NCBI GenBank assembly: GCA_035526825.1
Contig: DATLBT010000012.1
Coordinates: 1,414 to 65,413, forward strand
Direction: 5' to 3'
From: Verrucomicrobiia bacterium
GTDB lineage: Bacteria; Pseudomonadota; Gammaproteobacteria; Nevskiales; Nevskiaceae
DNA length: 64,000 bases
Position numbers and translations under genes: made by a program. Positions 43,392 to 53,321 of this stretch are shown one piece after another. Every line of letters begins with the position of its first letter. The stretch's first letter is position 1. Below the pieces are notes generated by a model. It was not told where the DNA came from and did no database searches. It saw only the letters and a list, made by a program, of their open reading frames with translations.

Positions 43392-46300
43392 TTAGCGCCG
43401 GACTTGATGCACCAATTGCTCGAGTTGATCCATGTCCACTGGCTTGACCAGGTGCGCGTCGAACCCAGCTTCTTCTGAACGCCGGCGATCCTCTTCCTGG
43501 CCCCAGCCGGTCAGGGCCACGACAATGGCGCCATCGGCCCACGTCTCCTTGCGCATCGCCCTGCAGACATCGTAGCCGCTCATCGTCGGCAGGCCGATGT
43601 CGAGCAATACCAGCTGCGGGCGGAAGTCACGCGCCATGGCTATCGCCTGGGGGCCGTCGTCGCTGGTGCGCACCTCGTGGCCCATCAGCCCGAGCATCAT
43701 CTCGAGGCTACTCGCGGCATCCAGATTGTCGTCAACGACGAGGATGCGTCGCGAGGCGCCAGGAATGGATTGCGACGTGGCGACCGCAGGTTCGACTGCC
43801 TGTCCGTCGGGAAGCACCGGCAGGCGCACGATGAACTCGCTGCCGGTTCCGGGCCCCTCGCTGCGTGCCTCCACCGATCCACCGTGGAGCTCGACCAGCC
43901 GCTTGACCAGCGTCAAGCCGATACCGAGCCCCCCCTGCGCATGGGCGGTGTCGCGGTGCACCTGGGTGAACATCTCGAAGATCGAGTCGAGGCTGTCGCT
44001 GGGAATCCCCAGTCCGCTGTCACGCACCCGGATCACGGCTTCGGAGCCGTCGACGGAGGCGCTCAGCGCGATTTCCCCGCCGCTGGGGGTGTACTTGGCC
44101 GCGTTGTTCAGCAGGTTGGAAAACACCTGGGCAAGGCGCACGCGATCGGCGATGACATTGATGGGGTAGGACGGAAGCTCGATCGTCAGTGCATTGCCGG
44201 ACCGCTGGATCAACGGCCCACTCGTTTCGGCTGCGCTGTGTATCGCTTCGGTAAGCGGGACCACTTCCTTGCGAAGCTCGATGCGATTGCGGGTGATCCG
44301 GGAGACATCGAGCAGGTCGTCGACCAGCCGCACGAGGTGCTCCACCTGCCGCTCCATCATTACGCGGGCCTGCGCCACGACCGGCTTTTCGGGGCCCGCG
44401 AGGCTGAGGACGTGCAGGCCGCTGCGGATCGGCGCGAGTGGATTCCGGAGTTCGTGGGCGAGGGTTGCCAGGAACTCGTCCTTGCGCCGGTCGGCTTGCA
44501 GCATTTCCTCGTAGAGTTCGGCGTTCTCGATCGCAACCGCGGTGCGATGCGCGAGCTCCTGCGCCACGGCCAGGTCGGTCTCGTCGTACGTGTGGCCTGA
44601 CTCGGCCATCACGAAGGTCATCACCCCGCGCACGTTGCCACGCAGGGTGAGCGGAACGCCGATGTAGGACCGGAGGCCGAGCCGCCTGATCGCCTCGAGC
44701 GCGTCCGTGTCCCTGATCGATGCCTCGAGCAGTTGCTCGGTGATCTGCGGGAACAGCTCCGGCTCGCCGGTACGCGCGATGTGCCATGCGCCCGTGGGCG
44801 AATCCGGTGGCGAAGGCCACTTCTGCTGGACTTCGATCGCCAGCCGGACCCGGGCTGGATCCACGTGCGATACCGCCACCCGCCGCAGGTCGCCATTGGC
44901 TTCGATGACATCCACGGCCGCCCAGTCGGCGAACGACGGAACCGCGAGGGCAGCGACCTTCTGCAGCGTGCTGTCGAAGTCGACGATTTCGGCCAGCGCC
45001 GCGCTGGCCGCCGACAGGAACCGGGCCGTCTGTTCGTCACGCCTGCGTGCGGTGACGTCGAGGCCGATGCCGATCATCCGCGCCGGCGCGCCCGCCTCGT
45101 CGGTGAACACCTTCCCCGAACCGGCGATCCAGTGGACGCTGCCGTCGGCCCGCATGTTCCGGAACTCGGTGTAGAACGACCCGCGGCGCTGCAGTGCTTC
45201 GTCTATCGCCGCGCGCACTCCATCGCGGTCGTCGGGATGGATGAGTTGCTGGAAGTGCTGCATCGTGCCTTCGAATTCGCCAGGCGCCAGGCCGTGCAGC
45301 GGTTCCAGGCTGTCCGACCATTGCAGCACGCCGGTCCGCACGTTCCAGTCCCATACGCCCATCTGGCCCGCGTCCAGGGCGAGGCGCAGTCGCTCTTCGC
45401 TTTCCCGCAAGGCATCCTCGGCACGCCGACGTGCCGTGACATCGTCGTGTACCAGTACAACTTCCTGCACTACGCCCGCATCGTCCTTGATCGGGTAAGC
45501 CATCGCGGCGACCCAACGGACCGGGTCCGAATGGCGGGAACGGTCCGGTAGTGTTTCGTTGGGGTCGTAGCGGATGGCGGGCACCAAGGCCGGCGTGCCC
45601 TCGAAAGCGGAACGGATCTGCGCCATGACGCCACGTTTTTCAAGCTGCTCGTCTTCCAGGATGTTGTAGTCGCCGAGCTGGTCGATGGTCACTCCCCACA
45701 GGTCCTCCCAGCTCTTGTTGACGCGCACGGTGCGACCGTCCGGCGAGATCACCTGGATGCTGAAGGGCGCCTGCTCCATGAGGCTGCGGAACCGCGCTTC
45801 GCTGTCACTGAGGGACTGCTCGAGGCGCTTGCGCTGGCTGACGTCCTGCACCACGCCATACATTCCCGTTACCCGGCCGGCTTCGTCGTACACGGCACGG
45901 CCGAGGGCGCCGACCCAGGCGGGGCCTGCGCCTTCCTGCACCACGCGGTATTCGATGGCGTAGGGAAGGCGATGCTCGATGACATGCTCGACCTCGGAAC
46001 GCGCACGCTCGCGGTCATCCGGGTGCAGTAGGGCCTGCATGTCGGTCCAGGTCATGCGTGGCCCGGGCTCGACCCCGAAAATGGCGGCTGCGCGCTCGGA
46101 CAACGTCACGACGCCGGTCTTGGCGTCCCAGCTCCAGTCGCCGAGTTCGGCGGCGCCGAGCGCGAGGTTGAGCCGCTCAGCTGCATTCTGCGCACTCTGG
46201 AAAAGCCTCGCGTTGTCGATCGCGATGGCGGCCTGTCCGGCCACGCCCCGGAGCAGGCGCTCGTGGTGCTCGGTGAACACCCCGACATCTTCATGGCCGA

Positions 46301-48458
46301 AGAACAATCCGCCGTGGACTTCCCCCGAACGCGAAACGACGGACGCGGCCAGGTAACTGCGCACCGGCAGGTGGCCCGCCGGCATGCCGTGGTAGGGCGC
46401 GTTTTTCGCGTAGCGGGGATCCTGCGTGACATCGTCCAGGCGGACCATCTCTTCGCCACGGAAGGTCGGTCCGAACACGGCGGTATTGCGGGGCATCGGA
46501 AAGCCCTCGAACGCCGTCCGCGGTACGCCCGACAGCGTGTAGAGCATGAACGACTCGCCGGCCTCGTCCACCAGGTTGTAGAAGAACGCGCCGAACCTCG
46601 CGCCGCACAGTCGGGTAGCTTCGTCCGTCACCACCTGCACGAGGCGGTGCAGATCCGTTTCCTCGCCCAGGAGCCTGCCGACGCGCAGCAGGGCTTCCGC
46701 AATGACGGTCTGCTGGCGCAGGGCCTCCTCGGCTTGCCTTCGCTCGATGAATTGACCCAGCCCACCCGCGAGGGTGGCAGTCATCTCGAGCAGTTCGGGG
46801 TCGGGCTCGCGCAGGCGGCGGGTAAAGAACTCGATGACGCCGAGGAACCTGTCGCCGACATGCACCGGGCAGCCGAATGCGCTGTGGAGGCCCGCGGCAA
46901 GGGCAGCCCCGGCCCTTGGAAGGCTCGCATCCTGGGTGAAATCGATCACCCAGCATGGCTCGCATGCGGCGCGGATCCTCCCCGGCAGCCCCTCTCCTGT
47001 CGACAGCGGACGCTCGGAGCTCGCCTCGAGGAGCGAAGCGATCTCCGGATCGCCGTTGGACCAGGCGCCGGTGCAGACCAGTGCATCGGACGCCGGGGTC
47101 GGCGACCAGAACAGTCCCGCCTCCCACCGCATGTGTTCGCAGATCGCCGCCAGGACGCCGCTGATTCCCTGCGCCACGCTTTCCGCCACCGCAAGTGCCT
47201 GCGTGGCGGCGGAGCGCGCGTTGCGCTGACGCTCGGCGCGCCGACGTGCCCCGATGTCGCGGAAGACGAGCACGCTGCCGACCACGTTTCCGTCTGCGTC
47301 GCGAATCGGTGCCGCGCTGTCATCGATGGCCCGCTCGCTGCCATCCCGTGCGATCAACAGGGTGTGGTTCGCGAGCCCGATGATCGATCCGTGTTCCAGC
47401 GCGCGCAGCGCCGGGTTGTCGACTGGCGCCCGCGTGGTTTCGTTGATGATGCGGAACACCTCGACCAGTGGCATGCCCGATGCTTCCGCCGACGTCCAAC
47501 CGGTGAGGTCCTCAGCGATCGGGTTCATGAACTGGATCCGCGCGAGGCGATCAGTGCTGATCACGGCGTCACCGATGCTGGCCAGCGTGACGCGCAGCCT
47601 TTCCTTCTGTTCCGCGAGTTTGGCGGCGTGTGCCTCGGCCGTGCGCCGGGAGGCTGCCTCCTCCGCCAACTGCCGCGCCGCCTCCTCCGCCTGCCTGCGT
47701 GACGTCAGGTCACGCGTCACTTTCGCGTAGCCACGCAGCGAACCATCATCGTCGCGCAGCGCGGTGATCACCACGTTGGCCCAGAAGCGCGAGCCATCCT
47801 TGCGGACGCGCCAGCCCTCGTCCTCGAAACGACCTGCATCGGCGGCAACGCGCAGCTCGTGTTCGACCCACCCGGTGGCGACCACTTCCGGGGGATAGAA
47901 AAGCGACAGGTGGCGACCCAGTACATCCGCCTCGTCATAGCCCTTGAGGACCCGGGCGCCGGCATTCCAGCTGGCGACACGGCCCTCCGGATCGAGCATG
48001 AATATCGCGTAGTCCTTGGTCCCCTGGACGATCAGCCGCAACTGTTCCGCTTCCCGATCGGCACGCTCGGTAAGGCGGAACAGGTCGACGAACCCGCGCA
48101 CCTTCGCCTTCAGGGCAACGAAGTCCAGCGGCTTGCTCAGTATGTCCACCGCGCCGAGGCCGTAGGCCTTTTCGAGGAAGCCCGGCGCGAGGTCGGCAGG
48201 AACGAGGAGCACGACCGGCGTGATCCGGGATCGCGTCGCCGAGCGGATGGCCTCCACAACCTGCAGTTCATCCAATGCGCCGCGCCCGATGTCGACGAGT
48301 ATCAGCGCGAAAAGCTGTGCGCGTGCCTTTTCGGGTTCCACTCCAAGGCGGCCATGCACCACTTCCACCGCTTCGTTGCCCAGGACTTCCCGGAGCTGCG
48401 CCGCAGCAGACTCGGTGTCCGCCAAAACCAGCACTGCGATGGGGGCGGGAAAATTCAT
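43392..48458 (-). CDS. Giant hybrid sensor histidine kinase (REC - multiple PAS/GAF - HisKA - HATPase - REC), 1688 aa
   Basis: N-terminal receiver-like domain, repeated PAS and GAF segments, H-box FLATLAHELRNPLAPI, G-boxes (DSGLGIPSD; GGLGIGLTLVKRLVELHGG) and a C-terminal receiver (ILVVDDNLDAA ... LVLLDIGLPTMSG). Confidence 0.9.
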   Translation of the reverse strand: MNFPAPIAVLVLADTESAAAQLREVLGNEAVEVVHGRLGVEPEKARAQLFALILVDIGRGALDELQVVEAIRSATRSRITPVVLLVPADLAPGFLEKAYGLGAVDILSKPLDFVALKAKVRGFVDLFRLTERADREAEQLRLIVQGTKDYAIFMLDPEGRVASWNAGARVLKGYDEADVLGRHLSLFYPPEVVATGWVEHELRVAADAGRFEDEGWRVRKDGSRFWANVVITALRDDDGSLRGYAKVTRDLTSRRQAEEAARQLAEEAASRRTAEAHAAKLAEQKERLRVTLASIGDAVISTDRLARIQFMNPIAEDLTGWTSAEASGMPLVEVFRIINETTRAPVDNPALRALEHGSIIGLANHTLLIARDGSERAIDDSAAPIRDADGNVVGSVLVFRDIGARRRAERQRNARSAATQALAVAESVAQGISGVLAAICEHMRWEAGLFWSPTPASDALVCTGAWSNGDPEIASLLEASSERPLSTGEGLPGRIRAACEPCWVIDFTQDASLPRAGAALAAGLHSAFGCPVHVGDRFLGVIEFFTRRLREPDPELLEMTATLAGGLGQFIERRQAEEALRQQTVIAEALLRVGRLLGEETDLHRLVQVVTDEATRLCGARFGAFFYNLVDEAGESFMLYTLSGVPRTAFEGFPMPRNTAVFGPTFRGEEMVRLDDVTQDPRYAKNAPYHGMPAGHLPVRSYLAASVVSRSGEVHGGLFFGHEDVGVFTEHHERLLRGVAGQAAIAIDNARLFQSAQNAAERLNLALGAAELGDWSWDAKTGVVTLSERAAAIFGVEPGPRMTWTDMQALLHPDDRERARSEVEHVIEHRLPYAIEYRVVQEGAGPAWVGALGRAVYDEAGRVTGMYGVVQDVSQRKRLEQSLSDSEARFRSLMEQAPFSIQVISPDGRTVRVNKSWEDLWGVTIDQLGDYNILEDEQLEKRGVMAQIRSAFEGTPALVPAIRYDPNETLPDRSRHSDPVRWVAAMAYPIKDDAGVVQEVVLVHDDVTARRRAEDALRESEERLRLALDAGQMGVWDWNVRTGVLQWSDSLEPLHGLAPGEFEGTMQHFQQLIHPDDRDGVRAAIDEALQRRGSFYTEFRNMRADGSVHWIAGSGKVFTDEAGAPARMIGIGLDVTARRRDEQTARFLSAASAALAEIVDFDSTLQKVAALAVPSFADWAAVDVIEANGDLRRVAVSHVDPARVRLAIEVQQKWPSPPDSPTGAWHIARTGEPELFPQITEQLLEASIRDTDALEAIRRLGLRSYIGVPLTLRGNVRGVMTFVMAESGHTYDETDLAVAQELAHRTAVAIENAELYEEMLQADRRKDEFLATLAHELRNPLAPIRSGLHVLSLAGPEKPVVAQARVMMERQVEHLVRLVDDLLDVSRITRNRIELRKEVVPLTEAIHSAAETSGPLIQRSGNALTIELPSYPINVIADRVRLAQVFSNLLNNAAKYTPSGGEIALSASVDGSEAVIRVRDSGLGIPSDSLDSIFEMFTQVHRDTAHAQGGLGIGLTLVKRLVELHGGSVEARSEGPGTGSEFIVRLPVLPDGQAVEPAVATSQSIPGASRRILVVDDNLDAASSLEMMLGLMGHEVRTSDDGPQAIAMARDFRPQLVLLDIGLPTMSGYDVCRAMRKETWADGAIVVALTGWGQEEDRRRSEEAGFDAHLVKPVDMDQLEQLVHQVRR

Positions 48459-48760
48459 CGACGAGCTCGCGGTCGTTGTCGTGCGGCAGTGCTATCAGAG
48501 TGGCGCAATTGACACGACCGCGAACGACACGCGCACCGATTCACGCGCTGCCGCCAGGCTGGAGACTTACGCATGGCCGGCGAATCGATCGCAACTGTAC
48601 GAAGTCGCTTTGTCAGCACCACGTGAAAATGGGTTCGCGCCCGCCAAGTCCATCCGTGCGGGCCCACACGATCCAGCAATACCGCCGAAAGCTTTGACTT
48701 GGCCTTCACCTTGGCCGAGAGCAAAAATACGTCTTCCAGACATCTATCGGGAACGAAGCC

Positions 48761-49408
48761 ATGGGCATTTCGGCGGAACCGGTGAAACTGGCAGGCTCTG
48801 CACTGCATCGCTCCTGCCACGTATGTGCCTTCTTCCATTCCCAGGAAGAGCTGTACGAGGTGCTCATGCCCTTCATCAAGGAAGGGTTCGAAAGCGGCGA
48901 CCGGGCATTTCACGTGGTCGATCCGGCGCAACGGGAGGCGCACCTGGCCCGGCTGCGCAATGAGGGCATCGATGTGACCGATGCGGAGGCGACCGGCCAG
49001 CTCGAGGTGCGGCGCTGGCAGGAGGCCTACATCAAGGACAACCACTTCGACCAGTTCCGGATGATCGAGACGATCAAGCAGGCGCTCGACCCTGCATTGA
49101 AGGGTCCGGGCAAGCGGACCCGACTGGTCGCGAACATGGAGTGGGCACTGGAAGACCTGCCCGGGGTGCATGACATCCTCGAGTACGAAACCCGGCTCAA
49201 CCACGTGCTCCCGGACTTCGATGACCCGGTGATCTGCACCTACGATGTCTCCCGCTTCGATGCCAGCGTCGTGATCGACATCCTGCGCACACACCCCATG
49301 GTGATCATCGGCGGCATGCTCCAGGAAAACCCGTTTTACGTGCCGCCCGACGAGATGCTCAAGGAGCTCAGGGAACGCGAGGCGGCCAAGTCCGCAACCG
49401 CTGCCTGA
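48761..49408 (+). CDS. MEDS-domain protein
   Basis: HVCAFFHSQEELYEVLMPFIKEGFESGDRAFHVV and the later DDPVICTYD are typical of the MEDS (DcmR-like sensory) domain. Immediately upstream of a hybrid kinase. Confidence 0.65.
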   Translation: MGISAEPVKLAGSALHRSCHVCAFFHSQEELYEVLMPFIKEGFESGDRAFHVVDPAQREAHLARLRNEGIDVTDAEATGQLEVRRWQEAYIKDNHFDQFRMIETIKQALDPALKGPGKRTRLVANMEWALEDLPGVHDILEYETRLNHVLPDFDDPVICTYDVSRFDASVVIDILRTHPMVIIGGMLQENPFYVPPDEMLKELREREAAKSATAA

Positions 49409-49416
49409 GTCATACC

Positions 49417-51864
49417 GTGAACCTCGGGCGGGCTACCGTCGATGTGGACGGCGCGGACCTGCTCGCGGAGAACCTGCGGCTGCGAAAAGCGATGCGCGAC
49501 GTCGTGGCGATGGCCACGCTGCCTGCCGTCTGGATCGGCCAGGGTACGGACGCGATCGCACGGAGCCTCGCATCCGCGCTGCTGACCACCTTGCCGGTGG
49601 ACATCGTCTACGTCTGCATCGGCAACCGGTCAGGACAGGGCCACGGGGCTACGTTGAAGTCGCGCCACGTACTCGACGACGTCCAGGCGCAGGCGACGCG
49701 ACTGGCCGTGGAGGCCCTGCTTGCCAGCGAGGCCAATGCGCCGCCTGCCATCCCCGATCCCGCCGGCAACGGGCTGCTGCGGGTAGCGATCACCCGCTTC
49801 GGCGCCCAGGACCGCAGTGGCGTCCTGGTGACGGCGTCACGGCACTCGGATTTTCCATCGGAGAGCGACCGGGCGATCCTCGGGGTCGGCGCCAACCAGA
49901 CCGCGATCGTGTTGCAACGCCTCCACGCCGAACGACAATCGGAAGAAAGCCGCGAGAATCTGGATGCCGCCCTGCTGGCGGCCGACCTGGGCCATTGGCG
50001 CCTCACGCTGGCCGACGAACGCATCGACCGCAACGCGCGCCACGACCAGATTTTCGGCTTCCAGGCAATGGCGCCCCACTGGGATTACCCGACCTTCCTT
50101 GACCACCTCATCGCCGAAGACATGGAGCGGGTAGACGCGGCGCGCCAGCACGCCGTGGCGAGCCGCACGCCCTGGGAAGTGGAGTGCCGGATCCGGACCG
50201 AGGAAGGGCGGGTGCGATGGGCATGGATCAAGGGCAGCGTGCTCGAAGGACGTGACGGCGAACCGGAAGTCCTGACCGGTGTCATCGCCGACATCACCCG
50301 GCGCAAGAACATCGAGCGCGAATTGCGCGATGCGCGCAGCCGGCTGCAAGCAGCGCTCACCGCCGGCGCCATCGTCACCTGGACCTGGGACATTCCCGGC
50401 AACCGCATGTGGGCGGACGAAGCTCTGGCGACCTTGTTCGGACTGGAGGCGGCGGCCGCTTCGGGCGGGAGCCTGGACCCCTATCTCGAGGCCATCCATC
50501 CAGACGACCGCGAGCGAGTGACGGGCACGCTGCGCCGCGCAGTGGACACCGATGGCGACTACTCGGCCGACTATCGCGTGATGCAGCCCGACGGCTCGGT
50601 GCGCTGGGTGGCAGCGCGCGGACAAGTCGAACGGGATGCCGAGGGCCGGCCGCTGCGCATGCCCGGCGTGCTGGTGGACATCACGCAACGCAAGGCGCTG
50701 GAGAACGAGCTCAGCGTGCGCGTAGCGGAAATGGCGGTCATGGACCAGCGCAAGGACGAGTTCCTGGCCACGCTGGCGCACGAGTTGCGCAATCCACTGG
50801 CACCGATCCGCAATTCGCTGCAGATTCTGAAGATGCCCCGCGTCGAGGCCGAGATGGCCAACCGCGTGCGCGAGGTGATGGAGCGGCAGGTCAACCAGCT
50901 CGTCCGGCTGGTGGATGACCTCCTGGACGTGTCGCGCGTCATGCGCGGGAAGATCGACCTACGCCGCGAGCCCACGGAATTGTCCATGGTCGTCGCGCGG
51001 GCCGTGGAAACCGTGCAGCCGCTCATCGAGGCGCACGGTCACACGCTGGATATCGACCTGCCGCAGGAATCGCTGCTGCTCGATGTCGATCCGGTCCGCC
51101 TCGCACAGGTCGTCGGGAACCTCCTGGCCAATGCCGCCAAGTACACGGACAGCGGTGGGACGATCCGCGTCAAGGCGCGACGCGATGGGGACCATGCCAT
51201 TTTCAGCGTCATCGACAACGGCATCGGCATCCCGGCCGACATGCTCCCGCGGGTTTTCGACCTGTTCGTGCAGGTGGACCAGGCGAGCAACAAGAGCCAC
51301 GGTGGCCTCGGCATCGGCCTGACCCTGGTGCGCAACCTCGTGGAGATGCATGGCGGGGGGGTCGACGTACGCAGCGAGGGGCTCGGTCGAGGCAGCGAGT
51401 TCCGCGTGCGCCTGCCCGTACTGCAGCCCGCTATCCTGGATCAGCCACTGGTGTTCGAGCCACGACCCGTCGCTGCCGTCGGCCGACGCGTGCTGGTGGT
51501 GGACGACAACCGCGACGCTGCCGAAAGTCTGGCCGTGTTGCTGAAATTGCAGGGGCATGACGTACGCACCGCGCACGATGGCGAGTCCGCCTTGGCTTAC
51601 GCCCGGGAGTTCGGGCCCAGTCTGGTGTTGCTTGACCTGGGAATGCCCGGCATGGACGGCCATGAGGTCGCGCGGAGGATTCGAAGCGATCCTTCTATCA
51701 AGCCCTGCGTGCTCGCCGCGCTGACGGGGTGGGGCCAGGAGAAGGATCGGGCGCGTACCGCTGCGTCCGGTTTCCACGCGCACCTTGTAAAGCCTGTCGA
51801 TGCCGCTGAGCTTGAGGCGCTTTTAGGAACGCTTGACCAACACGGCGCACTCTTCCCTCGGTGA
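49417..51864 (+). CDS. Hybrid sensor histidine kinase (GAF/PAS - HisKA - HATPase - REC)
   Basis: H-box FLATLAHELRNPLAPI, N/G boxes (NLLANAAKYT; DNGIGIPAD; GGLGIGLTLVRNLVEMHGG) and a C-terminal receiver (VLVVDDNRDAAES ... LVLLDLGMPGMDG). Confidence 0.9.
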   Translation: MNLGRATVDVDGADLLAENLRLRKAMRDVVAMATLPAVWIGQGTDAIARSLASALLTTLPVDIVYVCIGNRSGQGHGATLKSRHVLDDVQAQATRLAVEALLASEANAPPAIPDPAGNGLLRVAITRFGAQDRSGVLVTASRHSDFPSESDRAILGVGANQTAIVLQRLHAERQSEESRENLDAALLAADLGHWRLTLADERIDRNARHDQIFGFQAMAPHWDYPTFLDHLIAEDMERVDAARQHAVASRTPWEVECRIRTEEGRVRWAWIKGSVLEGRDGEPEVLTGVIADITRRKNIERELRDARSRLQAALTAGAIVTWTWDIPGNRMWADEALATLFGLEAAAASGGSLDPYLEAIHPDDRERVTGTLRRAVDTDGDYSADYRVMQPDGSVRWVAARGQVERDAEGRPLRMPGVLVDITQRKALENELSVRVAEMAVMDQRKDEFLATLAHELRNPLAPIRNSLQILKMPRVEAEMANRVREVMERQVNQLVRLVDDLLDVSRVMRGKIDLRREPTELSMVVARAVETVQPLIEAHGHTLDIDLPQESLLLDVDPVRLAQVVGNLLANAAKYTDSGGTIRVKARRDGDHAIFSVIDNGIGIPADMLPRVFDLFVQVDQASNKSHGGLGIGLTLVRNLVEMHGGGVDVRSEGLGRGSEFRVRLPVLQPAILDQPLVFEPRPVAAVGRRVLVVDDNRDAAESLAVLLKLQGHDVRTAHDGESALAYAREFGPSLVLLDLGMPGMDGHEVARRIRSDPSIKPCVLAALTGWGQEKDRARTAASGFHAHLVKPVDAAELEALLGTLDQHGALFPR

Positions 51865-52156
51865 CCACAGGATGAGGATCATTCGCCGCGACCGCGAATC
51901 CGCTGGTAGATGTTTGCTCGGCTGCCGATTCTCCGTCGCCAGAGGCTTCGTCGCCATGAGCAAGCCCGCGGATGGCTGCGCAGCGCAGGGGTGGTCAGGT
52001 GCTCATTGCTCCCCCTCTCCATGGTGACCAGCGAGTGTCCAATTGGCTGCGCGATAGCCCCGCCGCCCGATTCAGCCGGCGCCACCGTGCCATCACGCAT
52101 CTTTGCCTAACCTCCTGCCGCTCCGCGCCGGGTGGAGTCATACCAGAGGTGAAACC

Positions 52157-53320
52157 GTGACCGAAATCGCAGCCGCACACACCCTTCTACCCGATACCCG
52201 GGCAGCCGCCGAAGACCTGGCTCGCCAGATCAACGCGTCGCTCTCGGGCCCCGCGGACGCGGTCATCGTGTTCGCTTCCGCACGCTTCGACTACGAAACA
52301 CTGCTCGAAACACTCCAGGCGGCCTGCACCCCGGGCGTGCTGATCGGCTCCTCGTCGGCGGGCGAATTCACCCACGCCGCGCAAGGTACCGGCACCGCGA
52401 GCGCGCTCGCACTGAAATCGGACACCCTGAAGTTCTCCGCTGGCCTGGGGCGTGACGTGGCGCGCGACAGCCGCGCTGCCGCGCGCCAGCTGGTTTCCGG
52501 ATTCAATGGCATGGGCGGCACCCGGCACGCCTATCGCGCGGCGCTGATCATGACCGATGCGCTGGCCGGCCATGCCGAAGAATTCGTCGACGAGATGACG
52601 CTGCGCACTTCAGGTCGCTATCTGCTCGCGGGCGGAGGTGCCGGCGACGATGCCAACTTCAGCCGTACCCACGTCTTCCACGGAACCCATGCCTACACCG
52701 ATGCGGCCGTCGCCCTGGAGATCCTGTCAGACAAGCCGATCGGCGTGGGCGTTGGACACGGTTGGGAGCCGGCCGGAGTGCCGTTGCGCGCAACCGAAGT
52801 CGATGGCATGCGCGTGGTCGGTTTCAATGGATTCCCCGCCTTCGAAGCGTTCGAGCAGCACGCGCTCGCCACTGGCCAGGTGTTCGACCGCAACGATCCC
52901 ATGCCATTTTTCCTGCACAACATCCTGGGCGTGGACACGGGCAACGGTTATCGCCTGCGCGTGCCGCTGGCCATCGGCGAGGACGGCTCAATCCATTGTG
53001 CCGCCGAGATTCCCGAGCAGGCCAGCGTGCGGATCATGAGCACCAACTCCGAATCGGCCGCCATCGCAGCCAGGCGCGCCACCTGCGCCGCTGTGGCCGC
53101 CCTGGGTGAGTCGCAGCCGGGCGGCGCGCTGTTCTTCGACTGCGTCGCCACCCGCCTGCGGCTCGGCGACGCCTTCCGCTTCGAGCTGGGCATGGTGGCG
53201 GACTCGCTCGCCGGCGCACCGTTCGTGGGCTGCAATACCTACGGTCAGATCGCGCGCTCGGACAGCCAATTCAGCGGCTTCCACAACTGTACGGCGGTCG
53301 TGCTGGCACTCCCGGCCTGA
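52157..53320 (+). CDS. FIST-domain signal transduction protein
   Basis: FIST_N pattern (ADAVIVFASARFDYETLLETLQAACTPGVLIGSSSAGEF) and FIST_C (GALFFDCVATRLRLG ... FVGCNTYGQI). The GTG start at 52157 follows AGAGG. Confidence 0.7.
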   Translation: MTEIAAAHTLLPDTRAAAEDLARQINASLSGPADAVIVFASARFDYETLLETLQAACTPGVLIGSSSAGEFTHAAQGTGTASALALKSDTLKFSAGLGRDVARDSRAAARQLVSGFNGMGGTRHAYRAALIMTDALAGHAEEFVDEMTLRTSGRYLLAGGGAGDDANFSRTHVFHGTHAYTDAAVALEILSDKPIGVGVGHGWEPAGVPLRATEVDGMRVVGFNGFPAFEAFEQHALATGQVFDRNDPMPFFLHNILGVDTGNGYRLRVPLAIGEDGSIHCAAEIPEQASVRIMSTNSESAAIAARRATCAAVAALGESQPGGALFFDCVATRLRLGDAFRFELGMVADSLAGAPFVGCNTYGQIARSDSQFSGFHNCTAVVLALPA

Positions 53321-53321
53321 C